Assembly: GCA_010093705.1 (NCBI GenBank)
Contig: MU006107.1
Span: forward strand, 108,031 to 172,030
DNA length: 64,000 bases
Direction: 5' to 3'
DNA from: Patellaria atrata CBS 101060
Taxonomy: Eukaryota
The stretch's first letter is position 1. Every line of letters begins with the position of its first letter. The notes under the pieces were generated by a model, which saw only the letters and a list, made by a program, of their open reading frames with translations, had not been told where the DNA came from and did not search any database. The position numbers and the translations under genes were made by a program. Positions 1 through 12,775 of this stretch are shown here, piece after piece.

Positions 1-40
1 GAGGGGGCCGGGGGATGACTCTGGCAGTGTTCGTATTGGG

Positions 41-68
41 TGACTTGACTTGACTTGACTTGACTTGA
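41..68. repeat. (TGACT)5 pentanucleotide microsatellite
   Basis: tgact x5 at 41-65 plus a partial unit, read directly. Confidence 0.9.
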
Positions 69-815
69 GGTTGACTTGCGGAAGATCGACAGTGAGAGTT
101 TACGTATGGGCTTCCAGGATTTGGGAAGACGACTGGAACTATATCTCTCCCATCGTGACTGGGCTGGACTGGACTTGCGTCGATAGAGTCCTTTCAGTCT
201 CATTTATACACAACGGAGAGAGGTGTACCGCTTTTATTTATTCATATCCTTCAAACCATCCGTCATACCCTCCCCTCCCAATATCTCCTGTAAGGCTGTT
301 TGCGCCCAGTGGCGTGGCTTACCCTAAATTTATTATTTTTTTTGGGGCAAACTGGGCTTGTATCACCAGTCTCGCTGTCAAGCAAACAAGGTTTAGATAG
401 TGAGGCAGACGCAATCGATAAGTATTCTACCTAATGGCGGGTATAGAACTCCTAATACAGAACTTGCCGCCTACAGATGGAGACATCTGTATGATACCTT
501 GCTGGATGAAGTGGGTTACAGAGAGAATTTTACGCGATGATTCAGATCTAGACAAGTCATACCTACCCAATGTGTCAGAGCCAGATATGTCCTACCCAAT
601 GATCCAGACGAGTGACAGTCCAACATTTGGACATCCAATCAGGAGTGCACACACTCCAAGAACAACGTCATTACTCGGTCAAGCTCGACCACGAAAAAAC
701 ATTTTAAAACTCCAAGAATACCGTCGCTGATGCAATTACTGCTCATTCCATCGACATCACAGTTGATACCTAACATATAGCGTATGAATCCCAGAAAACA
801 CCATTCCCCATGCTA

Positions 816-3800
816 TTACTCACTCAGATCCATAGGGTCAACGAGAGCCGTCTCGGTATAATGCTGAGAAAACGACATCAATGATGAAAACGTCCTCAAC
901 TCATCCACGCTCTCCACGCCGAACTTGGCGAGATGATCCGACTTTTCGAGATAAGATCGAGGAACGAGACCATACCGGCCCTTCTTATCTTGGACAAGGC
1001 GTACTTTCTCTGCTTTTGGTCCCTTTTCAGCGGACTCGTCCTCGATGTCTGCTTTGGCTGTCGACTCAAAGTCACTCCTTTTATGCTGCCAGAGAGCGTT
1101 GCGTCGTCTCTCCCTCTGCTCTAGGATGTCGACTTCGACCGTGTTCAAGGTTGCTAATCGGTAGATATAGACCGTCTTTTCCTGACCGTAACGTCGAGCG
1201 CGACCGATCGCTTGCGTCATCGAAGCGTCGTACTTTTGCTGTGTTGTTGCCAACAGCGGGGAGAAGAAGATGACGTGGTTCGCCTTGTAAAGGTTACTGA
1301 ATACGATTAGCAAGGTGGTCGTCACGAATCCATGTTTGGTTAACTTACTGTCCAGCAGCGGAGACATCAGCCATATTTAGAACGATGACTTTCTTCCGTT
1401 TCTTCTTATCCTCGTTCTCTTGAAAATCTTTGACAAGTGTTGAACTCTTCGAGTCGTCGTAAATTGCGTGATACTTTATTTCGCGAGAGTCTAGTGACCT
1501 CTCGATAATCCTCATGATCTCGTAGTTCTGGACGAATAATATAATCTGATCGTTCTCCGGCGTGCTTGAGATCAGCTCTAGAACTTTATCGATCTTCTTG
1601 CCCTGGCTCGTATCGCTTTCCTTCATGTCTGCCGTCAAAAGTAGATCAGCGGAGACGAAGTGATGGTCCTCAATTCCTCGGTTGCATTCTGATACAACAC
1701 ACTTTGTGTCGGTTGTGCGCTTGTAGAAGCAAAAGCGGCATACAATATGGCCACAGGGTGAGAGTACACCAATCTCGCTAGCCTTGAACTTTCCTTTCGA
1801 ACATACCTCTGAATCACATGTCATTGACTGCGTATTCCCGGTTGTTGCGAACAAATTTCTAAATTTCAGAATCGAATCGATGTATCTAAGAGACCTTGTA
1901 CCTTTGGCAAACTCTTGTGACATTGGTCGAAGCTTTTCACTAACAAGACTTCGTAACTGTTGCGCGGCCTTCTTAGCATCGAGTTTTACAATACCTCTTT
2001 CCCTGGTCGCATCTTTCTGGCACATCTTAATCAAAGAATGCATCGTTCTGTGGGCCGAATCGTCTCCAAGAAGTTTATGAGCGACAACACTTTGCTTCCA
2101 TTCCTGATAGTGAGTGTCAAGTGCTTTGCAGATTACCTTCAGCTTTTCTGCTTCTAGGATTCGCCGGCGTAATTCCACTTGCAAACCGTTCAGCTCCTCT
2201 TTGCGTTTTGTTTGTATCGCTTCACAGGAGGAGCTATTGGAATTAGATGCTCTAATAAGAGCGTCTTCTGGAGTAATTGCATTGACGAGGTGTCGTACGA
2301 TTCCTCTCGAGCGATCAAGGCGGTTCTCCTCTCTCTTCTCGAATTTCATGTCGGCTGGGTTTAAATAGTGATAGAGTTCCGTATATGTTGCCAATTGACC
2401 AAGGGTTAGATTAACGGGCAAGAACGACTCTACGCACTTGATATTCCGAGTCTCCGCCAAATTTTGGCGAACAAACATCTCCAGAAACCTCAACGCAAGC
2501 GCATGTCGCTGTTCATGCCATGAAGAGGACTTCTTTTCCGCATAAGACAAGAATTTCTCAGCATTTGTCAGTTGTCTTTGAATAGCTCTGACATTAGACT
2601 TGCTGAGGTACTCCAAAGAATCGTTATCGTTCCCCAGATCAACACCTATCAGAGCAGCCGTACGCCTTATATCGGCAAAATCACCCAACTCTGGTGTTCC
2701 TGATAGAACCCATCGTTTCTCGGCTTTCAGGGACTGTATGGTGTCGGAGTGGTTCCTGTCGAGGTAAGTATACTCATCCACTACTAGTCTGTTAAAGTGG
2801 AAACAATGAAGAGGTGGGAATGCTAAATCCTTCCAGCCGTCTTTTGCAGTCAGATTTATTCCTTTCGTCGTCCCACATATGTTGCTACGAGGTTTTGAAA
2901 CTGTCGAAAGCCCTGACTTTCGCCGGTCCTCTTCATACTTTTTCCCACGAAGTCTTTGTAACGTGGGGACCTTACTATGAAATTCGCTGTTCTGGATGTT
3001 TTTAGTATACTTGTCTAACATTCTTGACTTGAATTTCTGGACACCACTTTCTTGGAGCAGTTCAAGATGGGCGGGAAATGTCTTCAAGCAGTAATCCAAC
3101 CAAGTCGAAAAGGGTCTGCCTTTAGTGGTCGAGGGATCTGGTATTGCCCCAAGTTGAGAGAGCTGAGAGATATATGCTTCCGAGGTGAGTACATTCCAAG
3201 AGGCAACCACTATCCTCGCCTGCAAGAAATCGTTGATGCTTAATTTCTTCAAATCCGCAGTTGTCCTTATAACCAACACTTCAGGAGATGAGTATCCCAG
3301 AAACTTAGATATTTCGCCCGGCCACTGGTTGACCATGTCGGGAGGACACACAATTAGAGTAGCCGGAAGATGGATCAGCCCGGTATCTAATCGCAGCTGT
3401 CGAGATGAGTCCCGGATACTTGATGCTGACCGCTCATCGTTCTCTGCTTGCATCAATGCCAGGATGGTCACGGTCTTCCCATACGAAACTTCATCCGCAA
3501 GGACACCACCTTTGACATGTATCGTTGCTTGGGCGCGAGCTTCAGCTCTCCATCCTAATTGAGGGAGTACTGCTTCTTCGACTGCCTCAACAAGAAATGC
3601 GTCATTTCCACTTTCCCGCTGTCTCATCCACGTGAGGGAGCGCATTTGAGACTGTCGTAAAGGCAACTTCATAGAAAGATGGCCATCATACGGCATGTCC
3701 TTAGTGTTACTAGCTAGCCGAAATGGTTGTAACTGTGGCATATCTACAGCGCTGTATTTACTGGACAGCCGCCATGATAATCGAATATCATTGACAGTTT

Positions 3801-6800
3801 TTAACTTAGAGGTAGCTCTATGTACGAGAGACCATACATTCACACCAACGCGAATTGATGCAACATTATTGTGATCGACACTTGTATCGACTTTAAACAC
3901 GTCGGGGCGGCTTTTTAGTGCTAATTCAAAAGCTACAGCTTCTTTGGCGTCCTCGTACGGATAAAGATTCTTTGTATTACCGGAGCCTTCTTTGATTTCC
4001 CATTTGATGTGTGGCGTCTGTGGTGCACACATCCTACATTTCGATTGATTATCGCTTCCGAAAGTGTGCCATACATCTAAACCAGGGATTTTAGGGATAC
4101 GGTTGACGGCCCAACCGAAAATACGCTGGTAATCAGGGCTGACTAGGGTCGGATTTAGAAGCGGCGAATGCAGAGGAATTGTATCTTCAGGGACGCTAAA
4201 CCGACATTCGAAAATCGGTTTTGCTGAGAGGCAATCACTGTCTAAGAATGAAAACCTCGACTCTTGACACATTCGGGAAAAGATTGGTACATCAGCCGAC
4301 ACCAGTCGCGTTTGCTGTGGTACATCACTTGTCCACATCCAGTCTAGTCCGACTTGTGTCTTCCGTTCGCTGACATGCTCAGGGAGCCAGTTTGGGCTCA
4401 AGCGACCCAGGATTTCGCTGTTGGGTCTATCTACATCACGTTCGCAGGTCGTGGTGAAGATAAAAGAGTCCTTTTCTGGATTTCCAATGGGATCTGGATC
4501 GTGACGTAGATACACAGGGAGGATATCTAAATTTTCCCGGTCATGAGGCTCCCTTCGATACAAGCTCGCCCGCGACGTCCCACAATCTGGTAAGTAATTG
4601 TACTTTCCGGCCATCTTCTCGAAATACGGAAATGTTTTTTCTGTGAATTTTACCGTCAGGATTGAATGAACAGTTTGCTCTTTGAAGTGTAATAAACCCA
4701 ACCGGTTTTGCCACGAAGGACTCTTCTGACCGGACCCTAAGATGGAAATTGCTTCTTGTATCTGGGAGGGGACCCTCCATTCCCAACGGCCCGATAAAAG
4801 TCCCTGTTTGATTGGAGACTTTCCTATATGAAACCGCTCCAAAGAATTTCTCAAGAAAGATTCCCCTGGAAGGTCAGGCGGTGGTATAAGGAAGAACCTC
4901 CATTCAGGCATGTTCGACAAGAGCAACTCCAGCTTCGCAAAGTCTGATTCGTACATAATTGACCATGTTCTTCCTCTCTTGAAACGTGCTAAAGTGAAAT
5001 ATTGTTTCATAGCAGTAGTATAGATACCTTTGAAGGTCTCCCACATGTCGGAGCCAGCCTTCGATTCAGACTTTGATTTGAGACTGTCTAATCCTGCTAC
5101 GTCTTGAAATTCGAGACGCGAAGGGAAAAGGAATTTCCACCGATCTTCGAATTCTGATGGCTTGATACGGCGATCAAAGCAGGCAGACGCCAGTCGATAG
5201 TTATGAACCGGGTTACCTGCACACTTCAAACAGCTGGTATGACCACAATCATGACATATCCGGATATTGTCTACCACTCCGTTCAGTCCTTCGCAATCAC
5301 AGTATTGCTGACTACGGCGTGCATCATTAAGAAGATCTTCTATGTTGATGCCCCGTTTGTCTTGCATAATAGTGGATTCTTTCATTTTCAGATCCTTTAA
5401 AAGACGAACCTGTACCCTTGATTGCTCCATGATACTAGAAACGACTTGTCTTTCATGCTTCGACAGGCCTTGGTAAGCAACAATAAGCCCTGATAGAATT
5501 GCAGACCCAACGACCGTCGAAGACATTGCATTGCCGGCAAGATCGCGTATGTCTTCATCCGACTCCTTTGTGAATGTGATTCTATCAACCGGAATGCCTT
5601 GTAACCGTAAGGTCTCGTATCCGGTCAACGGCCGAGCCCTATCCGAGCAGTATGCCGATCCCCTAGGAGTAATACACCCTGCGATCCCAAAATGGCCGCT
5701 ATCAATAAATAAGTCAATGTTCTGGGTAGTATCCCAGATTCGAGTTTTGTATTGGGTGTCGTAACCGATGCCAGTCTCAGGCCCGGCCTTCCGTAGATGG
5801 GCTATCTCAATGAAGTCGTGAACCCGATGCGTCTGTTTTCGTAACCACGTTTTATCGGCATACTCTAGCGGCCTTAATGAACCATTGTCAGTCCAATTAG
5901 TAATGGGTCGGCCGAATCCAAGACGATTCTTGACCCTGAAACGTTCATGTCTGCCTCGACACGTCTCCCAATTTGATTCTTTCTTGAGAATGCTATCATC
6001 ATTCCGGTTTGCCGAATTTTTCTTCGCAAGTTGGATTCTTGGATCATTTTCTGGGAGAATAAACGACGTCACTGGGCTGCTCGCTTGTCTCTGGAAGCTT
6101 TCGAAAACAGTGAACCATGACTGTCCCAGCTTCGAGAGTCTATTGATCATCTGTCGCCTATCAACACATACCATATAGCCACGCTCTCGAGTTTGTGGGA
6201 GGTAAAAGTTCTTCGTGTCCACTTTCGCGGCTTGACTCTCGTATTCGATCTCATCGAAAAGTTCTTGAAACTGAGGCCAAGGCGCTTTAGAAACATTCTC
6301 AACAATTATGATCGTAGGTCTGCGGATCCGTGCATAGTTCAAAACACCATGAAAGGTATCCCGAGACTCACCCAATTGATCAATCGTTTTGCGTTTCCCA
6401 TTTAGCGCGGAATAGTCTACGCATGAGGGGCCGACAACTAATAGATCACAGGATGGCACTTCGATCAATGATCCGTAGGCAGTAGTAGCTTCGAATTTCT
6501 TCTTCTTGCTACCTAGGGGATCAACATCCTGCAAAGTAACACTCGAAAACTCTCGAATATCACGAAATAGTCTTTCCGGATGAAAGTTTCGTTCGATGTA
6601 TGCTTGCTTGAACTCCACGAGTTCTGCACTGAACACGTGCTCAACGTGGAAATTATCGATTCCTGTTCTCTTTAAACTATCTTGGACCATCTGTAGAGCT
6701 AGAAGAGGACTTTCTGTCCCGGAACACATTGTAGCAACTTTTAACGGGTTACCGTCCAGGTGTTTAATCACGTTACGAAGACCATGATCAAGAGCATTCT

Positions 6801-7626
6801 TCGTTATGCTATCAAACATCTTGCTTATATCGAAAAGAGGTGGCAGAGTGGTATCAATCTCTTTCGCGTTCTTGTGTCGAGCTAGGAAACGCGGTTTCTT
6901 GAAACGGTTTGAAAAAGTAGCAGGTTCGCTCTGCTGCCTTATCTCATCACCCATTTTCATAGATTGTATAGCCGGCTTTCTTTGATTCTTCGGTAGAGTG
7001 TCAACATCCTCTTCCGTAACCTCACTTTCACTACTTGAATATACTTCCGAGGGTGATGACACTTCATCCTCAACATCTTCCACCTGCTCATATTGTGATG
7101 AAACGGAAGAATCATCAGAGACGTCGCTCTCATCAGAGGGAGTTATGGGTGAAAGTATGTAGGATTTCCGCGCTGACCTTTGTGGGCGTGAACGTTTGGT
7201 AGTAGTAGAATCATATTCATTGTCTTTACGATTGGATATAAGCTCAATAGCTGGATCCGTCATTAGCTTAGGTATACTATTTAGATGGTGTGAGGAGGGT
7301 TTTGTAAGCGCATCTATCAGTGTTGTACTAAATGGTCGACGTTTAACAACTATATCTAAGTCAGTCACATCATCATAGGGGAAAAAAAGCGTTACTGCTG
7401 TAAGTCAGCGGAGGACAAGATCCATACTCTCAACATGGGACAAAATGCGCCTCTTTCGAGCTGGCATTTCCTGTGAGGATCCATTGGGGAGTAAACATCT
7501 GGTTTTCAAAGGAGAACGGTTGCTCGCAATGGTAAATATTCGAGAGGCTGGTTTGACTGCAATTATATTGCATTCGCTGTCCGAGTTCTCTGGTGAGTGA
7601 TAGGATGCCGCCCGTTTTCGAACCAT
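816..7626 (-). CDS. DNMT5: DNMT5-type C5 cytosine DNA methyltransferase fused to SNF2 ATPase/helicase and RING finger (~2226 aa)
   Basis: Exons ~7626-7428, ~7349-1349, 1296-816 (intron 1348-1297 is GTAAGT..GCTAAT..CAG). MTase motifs: ATMCSGTESP (I), GPSCVDYS (IV, catalytic Cys), IVENV (VI), LPQTRERGY (VIII), DLAGNAMS (X). SNF2 motifs: GGVLADEVSYGKT, VVDEYTY, LSGTP, QAIGRARRYGQ. RING-like C..C..PCGHIVCRFC..C..C. Confidence 0.93.
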
Positions 7627-7776
7627 CGTGGCGGCGGAGAGAACTCCGAAAGCCCTTTAGAGGCGTTCGAATTAATACTGCTACTGCCTGAGACTGATCA
7701 AATATTGAGTAAAAGAGATCGTATAATGCTGGTATTTGTAGACAGCAACAAATATGTTTCGCAGCCTTTGACCGGG

Positions 7777-7795
7777 AAGACGCGTAGCGCGTCTT
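7777..7795. promoter_or_regulatory. Inverted pair of MCB-like (ACGCG) elements upstream of DNMT5
   Basis: AAGACGCG-tag-CGCGTCTT, an 8-bp perfect inverted repeat containing ACGCGT, ~150 bp upstream of the DNMT5 ATG. Confidence 0.55.
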
Positions 7796-8494
7796 GTTGC
7801 TTGGCAGTCTAGATACGCTAAAAATGAACGTGATATTAGATCAGACCTTGGTCCATCATTTGATAGAGAGTATCATGCAGTCTCCTTCTAGGACATGATT
7901 GAATACCATGCTGACACGATCTGATCTATCCCGTGAGAAAACTGACTTGATAATCGGATTAACGTCGAAGCCAAGTTCCAATGCACAATGGTTGAGCATT
8001 TGTGTATAGTACCGTGCCTCTTGTGATACAAGTAGGTAAGAAATGAGCGAGTGAGGAAGAACAGAATATCAGACAGTAAGATCATATAAAAAAGCCAGTA
8101 GCGACATGGCCTTTGATTAGTTCTATGAGTCAAGTAGAGAAACATTTTTGTTCAATTCCTCCTCACTTCCAAGGTTGAAGTGGTTGAGACGAAACGGACA
8201 CCTTATCAAACGAAGTGTGGCGGTTTCACGTGATGAGTTGTGGCTCCGCTCGGACCCCTCGCCTTGGAAGGCGTAGCCCCAACGGGCATGACGCCGAAGA
8301 AAGGATCACGTCAAAGGTTACGAGTTTGCGAGGCTCAGCTTGCGTACTGCACAGTATCACAATAACACCTGAAGTGCTGCTGTTTAGGCATCAGGAATTC
8401 TTATCCAGTCGCTGCGGCGACTTTTTATCTATAAGATTATCTGTACGAAACTTACATTCAGTGCATCCTCAGGTTCCAGCTCAGTGACCCCGCT

Positions 8495-10610
8495 ATGAAT
8501 GTAATCAAGCTACAGAGGTCGGTCTTCATACTAATAAAGCTTCAGACGTCAGTGCAAGTTTGCTTACGATTATTAGGAAATATCCTCAGTTCCAGCAACA
8601 AGAGATCTTCGGCCTTCAAGATGCATTTCGCAAGTTAGACCTTGATGATAAAGGCTATCTTGACGAGGCAACGGTAATCAAGGCCACCCAGAATTCAGAA
8701 AGGCAGCCCTACGATGTGGTGCGACAAGCTTTGAAAGAAGTAGAGTTGGATAGTTCTCGGCGTGTCGAACTGGAAGATTATGTCGATGTACGTGTCGCCT
8801 CAGGGTATAAAGGAGAACGAAGGCTGACTTCTGCGTACTTTAGCTCATCGCTAAACTCCGGGAATCTTCGCCGGCCCAGCAACGTATGTCTACGGGACCT
8901 TCACGTCCAAGAGGGTTGAGTGGTGCTGCTCCGGCACCTTCATCTCCTGGTCATGCTTCGAAGAGCAGTCACGGTGGAGGAAGAATTCATGTTCAGGGCT
9001 CTTCCGCAAATGTCACTCATACGATCAACGAGGATGAGCGCACTGAGTTTACGAGACACATCAACGCCGTACTAGCGGGAGATCTTGACATCGGTGACCG
9101 TCTACCGTTCCCTACGGATACATTCGAGATGTTCGATGAATGCAAGGACGGATTGGTTTTGGCCAAGTTGATCAATGACAGTGTGCCAGATACTATCGAT
9201 GAGCGTGTTATGAATAGACCAGGGAAGAAAATCAAGACACTAAACGCTTTCCACATGACTGAGAACAACAACATTGTTATCGAGTCTGCCAAAGGTATTG
9301 GTTGCTCTGTTGTCAATATTGGTAGTGGAGACATCATTGAAGCCCGGGAACATCTTATCCTAGGATTGATCTGGCAAATTATTCGTCGGGGTCTCTTAGG
9401 CAAGATTGATATTAAGCTACATCCTGAATTGTACCGCCTGCTAGAGGAAGATGAAACACTAGAGCAATTCCTTAGACTCCCTCCCGAGCAAATTCTAATA
9501 CGATGGTTCAATTATCACCTGAAGAATGCTAAATGGCATCGCACGTAAGCAAATCCATCCCCCATACGGAATCGAATTGACACATCTACCAGTGTAACGA
9601 ACTTTTCTACCGATGTCAAGGATGGAGAGAACTATACGGTGCTATTGAATCAACTAAAGCCCGAGATATGCTCGAGAGCACCGCTTCAAACTCGAGATCT
9701 CCTTCAGCGAGCTGAACAGGTCCTAGATAATGCGGACAAACTGGAATGCCGTAAATTCTTGACTCCTACATCCTTGGTCGCCGGAAACCCCAAACTCAAC
9801 CTTGCTTTCGTTGCTAACCTTTTCAATACTCATCCTGGTCTTGATCCCATCACCGAGGAGGAGAAGGCCGACATCGAAGATTTTGATGCGGAAGGCGAAC
9901 GAGAAGCTCGCGTTTTCACACTATGGCTCAATTCGTTGGATGTCAAACCGGTGGTGCAATCATTTTTCGATGATTTACGTGACGGAACCGTCATATTGCA
10001 AGCTTATGATAAAGTCATTCCTGGAAGTGTAAACTTCCGCCATGTCAACAAGCCTCCTCCATCTGGTGGCGAGATGATGCGTTTCAAGGCGGTCGAAAAC
10101 ACCAATTATGCAGTGGAGATTGGGAAGCAAAATCACTTTTCTCTAGTTGGTATCCAGGGCGCAGATATCACAGATGGCCAAAGAACCCTAACTCTAGGAT
10201 TGGTTTGGCAGCTCATGCGTAGAGACATTGTCTCTACGCTCTCTGCGTTAGCCCAGCGTCTCGGCAAACGAGAAATTACGGATGCTGACATGGTCAAATG
10301 GGCGAACGACATGTCTCGGAAGGGTGGCAAGTCTTCAGCGATCCGTAGTTTCAAGGACCAGTCGTTAGGTAATGGCATATTCTTATTAGACGTGCTAAAT
10401 GGGATGAAGAGCTCGTACGTCGACTACGACCTTGTTGCTCCAGGGAGGACGCAAGAGGAAGGCTACATGAACGCCAAGTTAGCCATCAGTATCGCCCGAA
10501 AGATGGGTGCTACAATATGGCTTGTGCCAGAAGATATCACTGCTTTGAGAAGTCGGCTGATCACAACCTTTATTGGCAGTTTGATGGCAACAGCCGAGAA
10601 AATGGGCTGA
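8495..10610 (+). CDS. SAC6: Fimbrin (actin-bundling protein, EF-hand-like N-terminus plus four CH domains), 650 aa
   Basis: Exons 8495-8517, 8577-8787, 8844-9544, 9593-10610. Starts MNVIKLQRKYPQF; CH-domain motifs DGLVLAKLINDSVPDTIDER, HLILGLIWQIIRRGLL, EREARVFTLWLNSL. Confidence 0.97.
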
Positions 10611-12775
10611 AAATTCTTTTGTTAATGGCTGTGGCATGGCTGCCATATGGGTGACGGCTGTCAAAATTTTATCTGTTCTACCTTTATAGTCTGTTCGTGT
10701 ATCCGATCCGACTGTTAAGCGATCATGTTCTACTCCAAAATGGCTTTCTGAAACTCAGTATAAGGTAGAGTCTTACCTTACATCCAATGAGAAGATATAT
10801 CCTGCGTACTTGTGCTACTTCTTAAGAGCACTAATCCGGATATAGCCAATGTTTCTCGTCCTTAATGAATGAGTTCACCGGAGAATTAACGTATTTACCT
10901 TGCCCTGTACCACGTGGTGAAAATGATTGCCTTTGATGAAAATGTTGTGTACGGTACTTAGTCCATAAGAAGTCTAAATTTGTATGAGAAGGATATAGCA
11001 GTTACATCCTTGGTGGTGATTATGTGCTACACGGGGCGTTTGCTCGAACCCATAGTTCCCGTCTAGTTATTAAAAGACGAACGTTGTACCCGAACGGTAG
11101 CATGGCCTTAGCAAAAACGGCACAGCACCAAGGACCACCAGGACTCCAGGAGTTTCTGACTGCACGTCTTCATACTTGGCGATTGGCTAGTACTCCCGCC
11201 TATGCATGAATATGTTTGTCGATTAAACGTCTTTATTAGGTTCATTCTATGAGAATTGGGAATGTGGAGTCTTCAGCTCTGAGTTTACCTTTCAAAGAAA
11301 AGCGAAGTAACCACAATATCGGGTTTCTCTCTGTCTATTGCCCCGGGGGCCTTGTAAGTCCAAGCAATCATTCAGCCAAACCCACAAGGAAAGATGGAAA
11401 TAACGAGTGAACAGGATTGGATAAGTCAGTGTGGCGTCTACCATCCCGCTTCTGCACTCGTTTGCGCACAACATGGTGGGCTGTCCTTATGGACTGATAG
11501 GCCTTTCCATCTTACGAGATGCATGTTCAAGGTTCAATCACGCTGTTCCAATGTACAAACTGGGCCGAAATCCCCATCATGTCCGTATCTTTTTACGATC
11601 CTACTAAGACTCGTCAATAATTCTTTATGGCTAATATAGATTAAGAAGCGTTGAAACCAACTTCGCGGCGGGAAGATCACCGAGATCGATCGTCATTTTC
11701 CCGTTTGGCGTCGCTAGAGCGTAGGACCAAGAGGACGCTTGTTGCGCCTCAACATGTCCCAGTATCAACTTCATCCCGTGCCACGGAAGTTGTTGGATAT
11801 ATCAGGTTCTCCTTGAGCAATTTTGTCCAGTACCGTATTCATACAGTGGTGGAGTACATGTCCAGCTCTCTCATCAGTGGCGGTATGGTGTCCCATGTCA
11901 TTTACGGCTACAGTATTGTTGCGTTGTACAACATATACTGTACACATCCACAACCGGATGGTACGGCCCAGCCTTGGGTTCCTAATGAGACATCCAATCT
12001 TCTTACAGTAAACCAGGTGTGTTTGTTCAAACGAAGTTCAAGTATGGGCCGTAGGTCATTATCTCTTCTCTGCTTCTAGTTCGTTAGTCCTAAACGCAAC
12101 ACAATTGGACAAGTTAGAGAGGACGCACGTAAAAGCCGCACATTACTGATATTCCTTGTAGCGATCTATCAGACATTAGAAGCTATGAGAGGTTTATCAG
12201 GAAGGAGGCTTGTTTTCGATATCGACTTCCTCGGCAGCCGCAAATCAACACTATGTGTGGGAAACCATCCAAGAATTCACAGGGGAGCCATGTTTTATCG
12301 GTTCTGCAGCAATTGACAGTCTCTGCATCTCTGCCATAAGTTTCTGTACGTGTCTTATTTTAGATGTTGACTACGGCCAAAGCTATTGCGTTCTGTCAAA
12401 GCTTTACTGCGAACTACTCTCCTAGCTGGTTCATTATTCCCCATTGGCACTATCTGGCATTGAATTATGGCGCTCTGGATGCATCTAAGCTTCATTATAG
12501 TCTGTACTGCACTGACTAAGTTCTTCAACTAGCCGTATTCTTGGTAAGAGGCTGCAAAACTGTAGCACAATTTCGACGCGACAAGATCTTGTGAGATGGG
12601 GTGGACCCACAGCTTTGAGTCGATAGCTGTAAGGCTTTGTAGTAGCTTACATTTATTCATTCATCTCGTCCCTATGGCATTGATATAGGCATTCACAGTA
12701 CCTTCGCTTACTCTTCACGAGTAACAATCTCGAGCAGTTTGTGAACTGCTATCCATTCGTTTTGGAGGCTCTATA

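Noticed and set aside
434..730. 98-aa ATG ORF convergent with DNMT5
   Set aside because: No recognisable motif or splice support; cannot be told from chance
11651..12079. 142-aa ORF between fimbrin and the WSC gene
   Set aside because: TTG start and no family features
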